The position numbers and the translations under genes were made by a program. From Macrostomum lignano (lineage: Eukaryota): DNA of 64,000 nt. Shown here in pieces: positions 54,880 to 64,000 of this stretch (positions within the stretch are counted from its first letter, which is position 1; every line of letters starts with the position of its first letter). The notes under the pieces are model-generated. The model saw only the letters and a list, made by a program, of their open reading frames with translations. It searched no databases and had not been told where the DNA came from. The DNA lies in assembly GCA_002269645.1 (NCBI GenBank), contig NIVC01001193.1:35785-99784 (forward strand), written 5' to 3'.

Positions 54880-55849
54880 GCAGGCAGTTAGATATATTTA
54901 TAGCAGATAGTTAAACCACAGGCAAGGGAGGTAGTTGAACACGCGAACAACCGAGTGTCGTCTCACTGGACACAGGCTAGTAGAGGCTGGTGCTGAAAGT
55001 TTCAATAAATATTCACAAAACTGAGACTAGTAGATAGACACGTCTAAACAGCTTTAGCTAAAGTTTATTTAAAGCCAGCCAGAGCGTAAGCACTATGTAC
55101 ATGTAGACTGTAGAGCATATATTTGTATTTCACATTGCAACTGCACGGATTGCCAAATTTGCATTGATGTACAAACTTAGGAGCTAGAGCGGAGAGACGG
55201 AGAGGCTTCTAGCAAGTAAGGCTAAGAAAAAATAGCGACACTATTGTGCGCGAATGGGGTACAGATATAGCTATGGGGAGCTGCTAAACAGATAACCTCT
55301 ATTGCTCTGCTATAAGAAACAAATGAACAGAGACTAGGAGCATTTTCTCTTTCAGTCTATGGTAAAAACTAGGGTAATAAATCAAATCTAGTAAATGAGA
55401 ATTTCAATCAATGGGGGGTTGTATGGAAGTGAGAGTTTTCTCTTCCAGCTAACTTTATTGGTCAATTTGTCCATCAGGATCCGAGTGGGAAGGGGGAATG
55501 GGGGTGTTGGGGCGAAGCCCCCACTTACAACCATAGACTCGTTCGTTTTCTAAAATGATATCCCGGTAAATTGCTTGATTGTCAATTTCAAACAATGACC
55601 GGTCATTGCTTGAATGTCATTGCCTTACCGTAAATTACCATAGACATTTTGAACAATGTCTGTAGCGGCGCCCAATGTTAGCTGCATAATCGGTTCATGA
55701 AGTTTTTAACAATAGACATTTCGAACAATTGCATCCTATTGAGCAAGAATTTAAGCGTCAGCCACAAACCTCTGTAAAGCAAGGCCGAAAAATTTAGGCC
55801 AATTTTATGTTTCTATTTTCTATTTATGTTCGGTTCATGTTTGAACACC

Positions 55850-56083
55850 GCAGACTCCCCTGAGCAGGCACACAAGCGCTCGGATACGTACGGAGTCATA
55901 CGCACAGGCACACACTCTCACACAGGAGCCCTTAATGGCGTTAATTACACGAGCAGAGCCACGAGCAGAGCCAAGCCGAGATTCCAGTTTAACCCCAAAT
56001 GAATGTGACTGCACTTGAAATCGAGCCTGGGCCGCTGGTACATCAGAGCGCCGTGCCAGATCACTGGGCTACGGCCCCGCTAA
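55850..56083 (-). mobile_element. tRNA-derived SINE copy
   Basis: On the - strand, a head GGGGCCGTAGCCCAGTG (A-box-like) and B-box-like GGCTCGATTTC. The body (GGAATCTCGG.TTGGCTCTGCTCGTG.AATTAACGCCATT; GTGTGCCTGCTCA.GGGAGTC) is shared with the 46 kb copy. Confidence 0.7.
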
Positions 56084-56944
56084 ATTAAAATAAAAAACTC
56101 TCGACTGACTACTCATGGAGTTCTATAATTAGCATCTGGAGCGGAAACTAATCTTTATTGTTTAATCACAGGGGGGTTAATTTGGCCTAGTAAAGTAACT
56201 CAAACAAGGAAAAGTGCAACCAATAAGATGGATTTTTATGACATAGCGTGTATCATGACACGTCAACTTTAAATTAGGTATCCGTATCCTGATTATTGAA
56301 TTTGGACCCTAAATACCAAATTGCCAGCCTAAGCCCTTTGAATTATCTACATATTTCTGCAACTTGAGTGGGTCAGAGAGGTTCAGCAATGTAAAAGATA
56401 GGGTAAGAGATGTTGGTATTTTTCGCTCGTATTTGATTTCAAAAAAATTTGCCAGCTAGCATCCCAGTTTTAAAATTTGGCATCCTGAGTTCGAACCCAG
56501 GATGGAAGATGGCACTGTGATTCTGACACTTTAAAGACCTAACCAATAAGCTGTAAGCTATCATAGGTTCATCTTTATAGGCACACGTCAGCATCCACTC
56601 CAAATGTTGTAATGTTTATATTATAAAACTCCATGGGCTAGTGCTTGAACTCCGTGAATTACATGCCGTTTTTGTCAGAGATTTGACCATAGAAACTACG
56701 AAAATGCTCCAAATAAAATGAATAAACGAAGTTCTATATTTAAATCTAACTGATAAACAACAGTGCAGAGCACTACTGACAAAAATAGCTTCAGCCTTTG
56801 CCCAATTCGGACATAGACAAAGCTCAGAAAATCAATTTTTTAAACTGATTAGAAGCACAAGAGTAATTTTGCAGCGGGAGGCAAAGATTTTTAAATCAAC
56901 AAATTACTAGACAGCATGCGTATGCCGCGACATTGCTAGAAACA

Positions 56945-59332
56945 ATGGACACCGACAATCGGACGGGCCTGTCCGAGCATCGGAGCAAGCACAGGCGTAG
57001 ACAAGCCTATCAGGACTACGATAGACGACTAGCGGCCAAGGCCAAGGCACTGAAAGACAAACGCGAAGTGGTAAATAAGATCGCGTCAATTGATATCTGG
57101 GCCACTGAGCGGCTTTATAAAAAGTGGAAGCGTCAAGCGATAGCCGGGGCGCGGCACAAATCAGCGCACAGTCCAGACCGGGATCCGTCAATGTTTAACT
57201 ACAGCGCCAAGCAGCAGCCGGCATGTGAAATGCATCGAAATCGGGACTTCGGCAGCGCTAGTAGAAAATATTTTGCTGCGAGCATGGCCGAACAGGTTAA
57301 TAATAAAAGAATTCGTACAGCCACAATGGTGGACTTCTTCGACAGCAGTCTAGCCGGCGATGCGCCTTTGCCGTCCCACTTGCACAGGTGTCAAAATCGG
57401 CGCAGAGCTCACAGTCGGCCCAACGAATCGGGCCTGGAACAGGAGCATTTAAAGCATCGAAAGCACCAGCACCATCACGAGCATCGGCATAGCCGGCGGA
57501 ACCTAAGCCTCTCTAACAAGATGCAACAGCACTCGCGTTGTCAGTGGGCAAAGGTAAAATGTCAGCAGCAGCAGGAGCAGCAGCAGCAGCAGAAACAAAA
57601 GAAAGTCGACTGCCACTCAGAGAGGACAAGTGAAATCGATTGGCCAGATAGTTGGCCCTCAATCTGGGGCTCCACTGCGCCTCAGTGCGCGCAAAGAGGT
57701 AGCAGCAACAGCGACTGTCTGCAAGAAGCGGCCGCGGCAGCCGACAGTCGCAAACCAGAACAGCGAAGCAAGGAAAAAAAGAATCTGCGACGACGCCAAC
57801 AATCTGGGAATCTGGTTGACGCTGTAGCTGGCAAAGATACCTTTGAAGCCCTACTGACACTTAATATCAATGAAAAAGCCGGCGAAAAACAAGTGCAACA
57901 ACAGCTGGCTGGCCGAGAAGAAAACGGAGCTGGCAGTCAAAATCTGACAATGCCTCATCTCACGAATTCGCAAATTCAGGAATCGGAAAACCAGGGATCC
58001 ACAGTGTTGAATAAGGCAAATTTGGAGGAAACAGTTCGGCCGCAAGTCAATGTAGCCAGTTATTGCAACAGTTTGGGCAAGAAAGCGCTTGGAAACGAGT
58101 TCAACGTGGTACGACTTATCAAGCCGGAAAAATGCCGATACGAGCAAGCTACTAATCTGCCAAAACCGGTCGTGTGGCTAATAGCCGATGAGCCGTCAGC
58201 ATCGGAACAGAAGGTTCGCTCGGACGATGACAGAGCCAACTTTAACAATGAAGTGCAGTTTAGAGAAGCAACCGACAATGGACAGGCTTTCAATACCGCA
58301 AACAATTTAAAAACCGTAACCAGCAGCACCATCTCTTTTCAACAGCAGCAGGGGTTTGGGCTGCGCACCTTCACCTCGATCACCTGTCACAACAGCGCGG
58401 ATTCTAAAACGCTAAAGATGCTATCGTCAGCAACAAACGAGCGCGAGGAGGAAGAAGAAGAGATACAGAGCCATATTAGTAGTCCGATTGTCCTAGCTCA
58501 AATATCCTACATCAAATCGGCCGTTTACTGGAGAACAGGCGCCATCAAACCGGAGATTAGGATGCATTCGAACAGAGAATTCAACAATTTATTAGATAGC
58601 GACGACGCTAGCGAAGACGGCGATGGCATTATTTACACTGCTCAAGAGGTTGGCGAGTCGAAATTCATGGAGCCACAGACCGGCATAGTTACTAGGCTAG
58701 TGCAGGTGGAAGTGCTTAAAGCGGCGCAGCTAATTAAGTCCAAAGGCTTCGCTGGCCTGGTTGGAACTCGGCCTAGCGAGCTGGACGCTGATATGCAGTC
58801 GACAACGGACACGTTGGCCTCAACCACAATAGATGACGACGAAGACTTCGAAATGGGGGACGATTTTAATATTGAAGGCGACAAGGATTCGCTTGGAGAA
58901 CTAGACGACCTGGACGAGGAAGAGTACGAAGAGGCGCCAATCAGGTCAAGTAAGGTCAAGCCTAGCGCGGACACAGCGTCTTCATCGACATCATCGTCTA
59001 GCGACGAGACAGACAGAAGGCAATCACAGCGGGGGCGGCGGCTTGGACGGAGGAGCAGCAGCGCCGCTAGCAAAGGCGACTACGACAGGCAGAAAAGACT
59101 GCCGAAAGCGGCAGCGGCCGCGCCAGAAGCTAAGGCGCTCCCAATGACGCAGTGTCCAACAACGCGTCACCGAATAGAATGCTTTACTACTCGATCAGGC
59201 CAGGTGAAGTGCTATATGACGGCTAGGCATCCAGTCAAGTGTCGCGTTCAGGATGGTCGCATTGTGTGCAAGGCGACTGTGAGAGCCGAGTCAAGCAACC
59301 TGCCATATCCATGCAATGCAGCCTGGCAATGA
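56945..59332 (+). CDS. Orphan single-exon low-complexity protein (about 795 aa)
   Basis: 2.4-kb stop-free, non-repetitive ORF in AT-rich surroundings, first ATG at 56945. No domain recognised. Confidence 0.72.
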   Translation: MDTDNRTGLSEHRSKHRRRQAYQDYDRRLAAKAKALKDKREVVNKIASIDIWATERLYKKWKRQAIAGARHKSAHSPDRDPSMFNYSAKQQPACEMHRNRDFGSASRKYFAASMAEQVNNKRIRTATMVDFFDSSLAGDAPLPSHLHRCQNRRRAHSRPNESGLEQEHLKHRKHQHHHEHRHSRRNLSLSNKMQQHSRCQWAKVKCQQQQEQQQQQKQKKVDCHSERTSEIDWPDSWPSIWGSTAPQCAQRGSSNSDCLQEAAAAADSRKPEQRSKEKKNLRRRQQSGNLVDAVAGKDTFEALLTLNINEKAGEKQVQQQLAGREENGAGSQNLTMPHLTNSQIQESENQGSTVLNKANLEETVRPQVNVASYCNSLGKKALGNEFNVVRLIKPEKCRYEQATNLPKPVVWLIADEPSASEQKVRSDDDRANFNNEVQFREATDNGQAFNTANNLKTVTSSTISFQQQQGFGLRTFTSITCHNSADSKTLKMLSSATNEREEEEEEIQSHISSPIVLAQISYIKSAVYWRTGAIKPEIRMHSNREFNNLLDSDDASEDGDGIIYTAQEVGESKFMEPQTGIVTRLVQVEVLKAAQLIKSKGFAGLVGTRPSELDADMQSTTDTLASTTIDDDEDFEMGDDFNIEGDKDSLGELDDLDEEEYEEAPIRSSKVKPSADTASSSTSSSSDETDRRQSQRGRRLGRRSSSAASKGDYDRQKRLPKAAAAAPEAKALPMTQCPTTRHRIECFTTRSGQVKCYMTARHPVKCRVQDGRIVCKATVRAESSNLPYPCNAAWQ

Positions 59333-61634
59333 TACCTGGGCATTGCACTTATGAAATTTATAAAACTATAATACATATAAAATGAACAGGGACAGCAAAA
59401 CCGACGCATCAGCTGCACAATTTTCAGTACACCACATGCACAATGTAAACAGAGAAAAAAACGATTATTCTTCATGAGTTCATTTTAAATACACGATTTT
59501 TCATTTAATTCCCTTAAAATATATCCTATTTGGCTTACTGACTTTATGACAATCAAAACGAAAGCATGCCATTTGATTGATATGCTAGGTAGAAGTATAT
59601 TACTTAAATAGCTCACCTGTAAATTAGTTGACATTGCAAACTACTTAAACTGTTTCCAATTAACATTAATTAGAGTTACACAACAAGCAGGACCATGAAT
59701 GTAAGATATTGATATAGAGGTGTAAAATACTTCTTTGTCTTAAATAAAAAAATATGATTAAATACAAAAGTAAAAATCAATAGTTCACAGAAAGTTGGCA
59801 TTTATTTAATAACCATAAAGTTAAAAAGTTTAGTTTAGCAAAAAAGTTAAAAATTTTAAAGGTCTCCTTCAAAAGGGAGAAGAAATCAAATATGCTAGAA
59901 TATTTTGGCTAATATTTTTACTAGAATCTTACTGGATTTGCTACTAGCTAAGTTTATACACTTGTAGTAAGATCATATTTTTTATTTTTAAAGGTATAGG
60001 AGATGCTCATTTTATATTTCTATTTAGTTTCAGCCTAGATCTATGTAGCATAAAAACAAACACTTAAGAGTATAGGGAGCAAATTTTTTATAACACAAGG
60101 ATCTTCCTGGGGATTGATTTTATAAGCCTTAAGTTCAATAGAGGCATAAAGCCTTACTTAAGTTTAGATATACCAATTCTTGACCCATTGGAAACCACCC
60201 ACCTCATAGTCTCAAAGGTTAATAATCAACTACCAAGACATAGGAAATAAGCAAGTTCTTGATGGGGTTTTATTTTTACCTGATTAAAAATTATTTATCT
60301 TCAATGCATATATATGAGCTTTATTAAAGCTTTAAGTATTGTTGGGTTGAAATTTTAGTTTATAGTTAAAGTGTGTATTGCATTTTAATTTTTTCTTTTT
60401 TTGTTGAAGCACATATTTTTTTATTTTGTAAGTACTCAACAGGTGTCTAGGATAAGAAAATATTGAAAAGAACAATGAAAAATATTTTGGGTACTTGCAT
60501 AAGGTCAATTTTTTCTTTTACTATAGCTAAAAGGCAAACTTTTTATTGATATTTCATGTATATGGCAAGTACTCAAAAATATTGACTATTATTATTAGAG
60601 TTTAAAAATTAAATACAAATATACAACCAAAATATTAATATAAAAAGTACAGAGCATACAAAAATTGAAAAATCTTTAGTTTATTATGATTAAAATTATT
60701 AAAATATTAGTAAATATTTTATTATCTTTCTTCTTCTATATGCTAAATATAAAATCTTGAGGCCAATCTTGACAAAACTTATACTTTTAGCTTGCAAATT
60801 TTCCACCAATGGTGTGGCAGATTTTGCTAAGTTTTGTTAAGGCTGTTTAATTTGCAAAAAAACTGCTTTTTGCCACATTTTTCTATGCTCAGCTGAACAG
60901 GCTTTGTGACTGCCAGTTTGGCTAACTTTATTGAGGTTGCATCAGCATTCTAGCCTACCTATCTGGTCTATCAGTGTATTTAATTCAATTCAAGCCAGGC
61001 TGATTTGTATGCTGAAAGGAGTGGGGTTTATTGGCCTACTAAGCAATGTGCAAAGACATATTCCTTTTGGCTGACTGATGTCAGAATGTACACTCTCTAA
61101 ACTGGCTGGCTATTGATAGTGCTTGGTACTGAAATTGATTAAACTACTTTTTGTACATAGTTTAGCCAGCAGGGTTATATTATAGACACTAGACACACTC
61201 TTCTAATAAACACTCCCAACTCTCTCTCTCAGAGCATAGTTTTTGGTTCAGAAATGATTATCTAGCACTTTTACAACTCCAGCTGTGACAACCATAGAGG
61301 AAGTGTTGAAAATGATGCAAAGTATAAGAAGAATGCCAAATGCATATAACATACTGGCTGTAACAATGACAAGCACCACAAGCTAGAGGGCAAGTGTGGC
61401 TCAATCTTCAGTACGTATCTTTTTGACACTGTCAGAATATGTCTATTGCTTTTACTTACTCAGTTGCTTTCTAGAGACACTTGCCCATGCAAAATTGTAA
61501 AAATTTTTTAGGAGTTTAAAGCAGGTAAAAAAAGTAAGTAGAGTGAGAATGATAGAGAGGCAAAGATACAAAGGAGATAGAAGAAGAATTTACAAGTGGT
61601 CTTTCCCAAACACCAATTTTTTTCTACATTTCAG

Positions 61635-61960
61635 AAAAAACCTGCTTCAATTGTGGCTAAGTGGGTCACAGGTGGCGCCAATATCACCAACTGGCACATA
61701 TAATGGCCTACAGTGGGTGGCTGTTGGAAGGACTGTTGGAAGAACTGTGGTGGCAAATGTGAGGGCAGGCGCTTCAATGCAAATAAAGGAGAATACAGTT
61801 TTGGCAGCTTTTAAAGCAGCAATTCTTGCAGTGGCAGCGCTGGCATTGTAGTGCAAATTCAAGGCAACCACTGTTGAGTCGTATAAGTAGATACAACAGG
61901 TGCTGCGGCTGGAGTTTTATTGTCAATTGGGGCAGGTGATCTTATCAGGCAGCAGGCTAT
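61635..61960 (+). pseudogene. Possible decayed Cys/Trp/Gly-rich coding exon
   Basis: After the acceptor tttctacatttcag the frame reads KKPASIVAKWVTGGANITNWHI*WPTVGGCWKDCWKNCGGKCEG..GSF*SSNSCSG.. with four stops (three TAA, one TGA). Confidence 0.3.
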
Positions 61961-62329
61961 GGTTGCTGCTATGGCAAAAATGAAAATAGATTGAGAGTCT
62001 AGTAAGAGACCAATTGCAGATGTCTACTGAATTATAATTTGGTATTTGGAATTGAATTAAACAATTTGATCTTCATATTTATTGTTCATTACCAAGAATG
62101 GAGTGATGGTCATATTGAATGCTGCATGTATTCTTTATGTTTACAGTCCACAGTTATGTGCGGCTTACAAATAATAAGTCATTTTGAATGAAACTTTCTT
62201 GTTACTTCTTTATTTTTATGCAAGACTTGTACTGGCAATATACAAAGGCACCCACCTATTGCACAAGGTGCCCACCTATGGAACTGGGTGCCCATTCTGT
62301 TCAGATGGCGATGATAAAGAGAATAGAAA

Positions 62330-62900
62330 GATGAAGAGTGTGGTAGGTTAGGAGAGTGACTGATGGAGAGAGTGACAAGAGTGACTAAAGGACTAAAGGA
62401 GAGAGTGACAGGTGCAAAGAATGACAGATGGAGATAGAGAGTGGCAGGATAAGAGAGTGATAGAGTGGCAGATGGAGAGAGTGACAGATGGAGAGAATGA
62501 TAGATGGAGAGAGTGACAGGTAGAGAGAGTGACATATAAAGAGATGATAGATAGAGAGTGGCAGGATAAGAGATTTGCAGATGGAGAGAGTGACAAATAG
62601 TGTCAGATGGAGACATGACAGATATGGAAGGTGACAAATGAGAGTGACAGATGCAGACTGACAGATGGAGAGTGACAGGTGGAGAGAGTGACAGATAGAG
62701 AGATGACAGATGGAGAGTAGCAAGATATGAGAGTGGCAGATTGAGAGAGTGATGGATAGAGAGAGTGGCAGGTAGTGAGAGTGACAAATGGAGAGAGTGG
62801 CAGATAGAGAGTGACAGATAGAGAAAGTGGCAGATGGAGAGAGTGACAGATGGAGTGACAGATAGGGAGAATGACAGATAGAAAGTGGCAGGTTAAGAGA
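62330..62900. repeat. Degenerate GAGAGTGACAGATG repeat
   Basis: Directly visible. Confidence 0.85.
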
Positions 62901-62921
62901 GTGCTTCTGGGCCACCATTGT

Positions 62922-63060
62922 CCACTTTGTATAATAGACAACACTATCCACCTTTTTGTGTCCAGAGATAGTTTGAATTGCTTTGGCACTGAATCCAGCA
63001 GATGACAAGCTTGTTATGGTTATTGCGCAGATCAAATGGTTAGTGTAGTCCTGCAAGAGC
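62922..63060 (-). mobile_element. Decayed tyrosine-recombinase (Crypton/DUF3504-like) fragment
   Basis: Translates as DYTNHLICAITITSLSSAGFSAKAIQTISGHKKVDSVVYYTK, resembling the YTNHSxRA..SGH....Y catalytic C-terminus. Confidence 0.55.
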
Positions 63061-63375
63061 CTCAAGATTGTCCTGTGAACTGAGAAACAGCTTTTTCCTT
63101 GCATTGTCCAATACTAGCATGGTCACAAATTGAAGTTTGTCCAATGAGAGACCAGAAATTTCTTTCTCTGCAATTCCTTTGTAGTTTGGCATGGTTGATC
63201 TTGAATATGTATAGTCAGTCTTGCTAGTCTCACTTCTTTCTTTTATTTTTAGCTTCTCTTGGCTTCTTTTTTCTTTCTTTTATAATTGAATTATATAGTT
63301 TCTCACTAAATCATTGTCTATGGTTAAAATGTGGAAGCTTTGCACCCATACCTCCATCATTTGCTGCCATACCCT

Positions 63376-63799
63376 TAGTGATAGATCGAAATTATTTTTC
63401 AAATCGAAATCGAAATCGAAATTTAGATACGAGTAGCCTATATCCATTTCATTAAAATTTAGCCAATTAAAATCTACACCGATGAGTTCAGCCAGTGGGC
63501 TTGTAGAGGCTGAGGTGGGTGCAGCACAAGGCCTTGAACAGTGTGTGCCCCGCACAATCTTTTCTTATAGAAAAGACGATTCTCACCTCCCCACTGAGTC
63601 TTTGAACCGCACTTCCTTTCACTTCCTATAGATTTTCTTACTCGTGTAGCATGATCATCAATGTCTAAATTGTTAAAATATAACCAAAATTTCGAAATGA
63701 TTTTTGATGAATGGTGTCGAAATTCGAAATTATTTCAATGCAAAACTAGTTTTGAAATTTGGAATATCGAAATCGAAATCGAATTTCGATCCATCACTA
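63376..63799. mobile_element. Non-autonomous hAT-type DNA transposon (MITE)
   Basis: 18-bp TIR TAGTGAT(A/G)GATCGAAATT, a perfect 8-bp TSD CATACCCT (63368-63375 and 63800-63807) and subterminal (CGAAAT)n. Confidence 0.88.
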
Positions 63800-63857
63800 C
63801 ATACCCTCATGCCTATATTCATCAATACAGCTCATATGCTTGTATAACTTAGCCATA

Positions 63858-63989
63858 TAGTCTATGGTATAATCACAATAGCCCAAGGGATTTCTCATTA
63901 TTGCCTGAAAAGCCTGGGTAATAATATACAATTTTACCATGACTATGTGGCTATCAGGCAGGCTGATATTTGATTATTGCCATAGACTA
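63858..63989. mobile_element. Small MITE-like foldback with TA ends
   Basis: TAGTCTATGGTATAATC ... GATTATTGCCATAGACTA imperfect terminal inverted repeat. Confidence 0.55.
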
Positions 63990-64000
63990 GGGTTGGCAAC

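Noticed and set aside
56481-56504. CATCCTG-AGTTCGAACC-CAGGATG B-box-like hairpin
   Set aside because: No A-box or second copy is visible, which is too little to call.

Overview
Eukaryotic (metazoan) genomic DNA with GC-rich, poly-Ala/Gly/Gln/His exons, AT-rich intergenic DNA and introns filled with micro- and minisatellites. This style suggests a free-living flatworm such as Macrostomum, which is an inference only. By hand-splicing I reconstruct five genes from recognisable families: par-3 (-, 3' end unresolved), a stand-alone PAL amidating lyase (-), the zinc-finger gene glass (-), a KY/hillarin-like pseudo-transglutaminase with a dynein-MTBD-like tail and a 1-nt frameshift (+), and an NT5DC2/3 nucleotidase (-). 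Three further genes are uncharacterised: a 4-TM PPxY protein, a two-exon gene and an approximately 795-aa single-exon orphan. Mobile DNA comprises a young 5'-truncated RTE-type LINE with a TSD inside a minisatellite, two copies of a tRNA-derived SINE, a hAT MITE with a perfect 8-bp TSD, smaller foldback elements, a decayed Crypton-like fragment and a dispersed 28S rRNA fragment at the R2 target site. About 30 different tandem arrays occur. The most striking is in par-3 intron 1, where the repeat unit is the exon/intron junction itself, giving dozens of tandem splice donors. Most ORFs in the supplied track are translations of repeats. All family calls are from motif recognition, not database searches.
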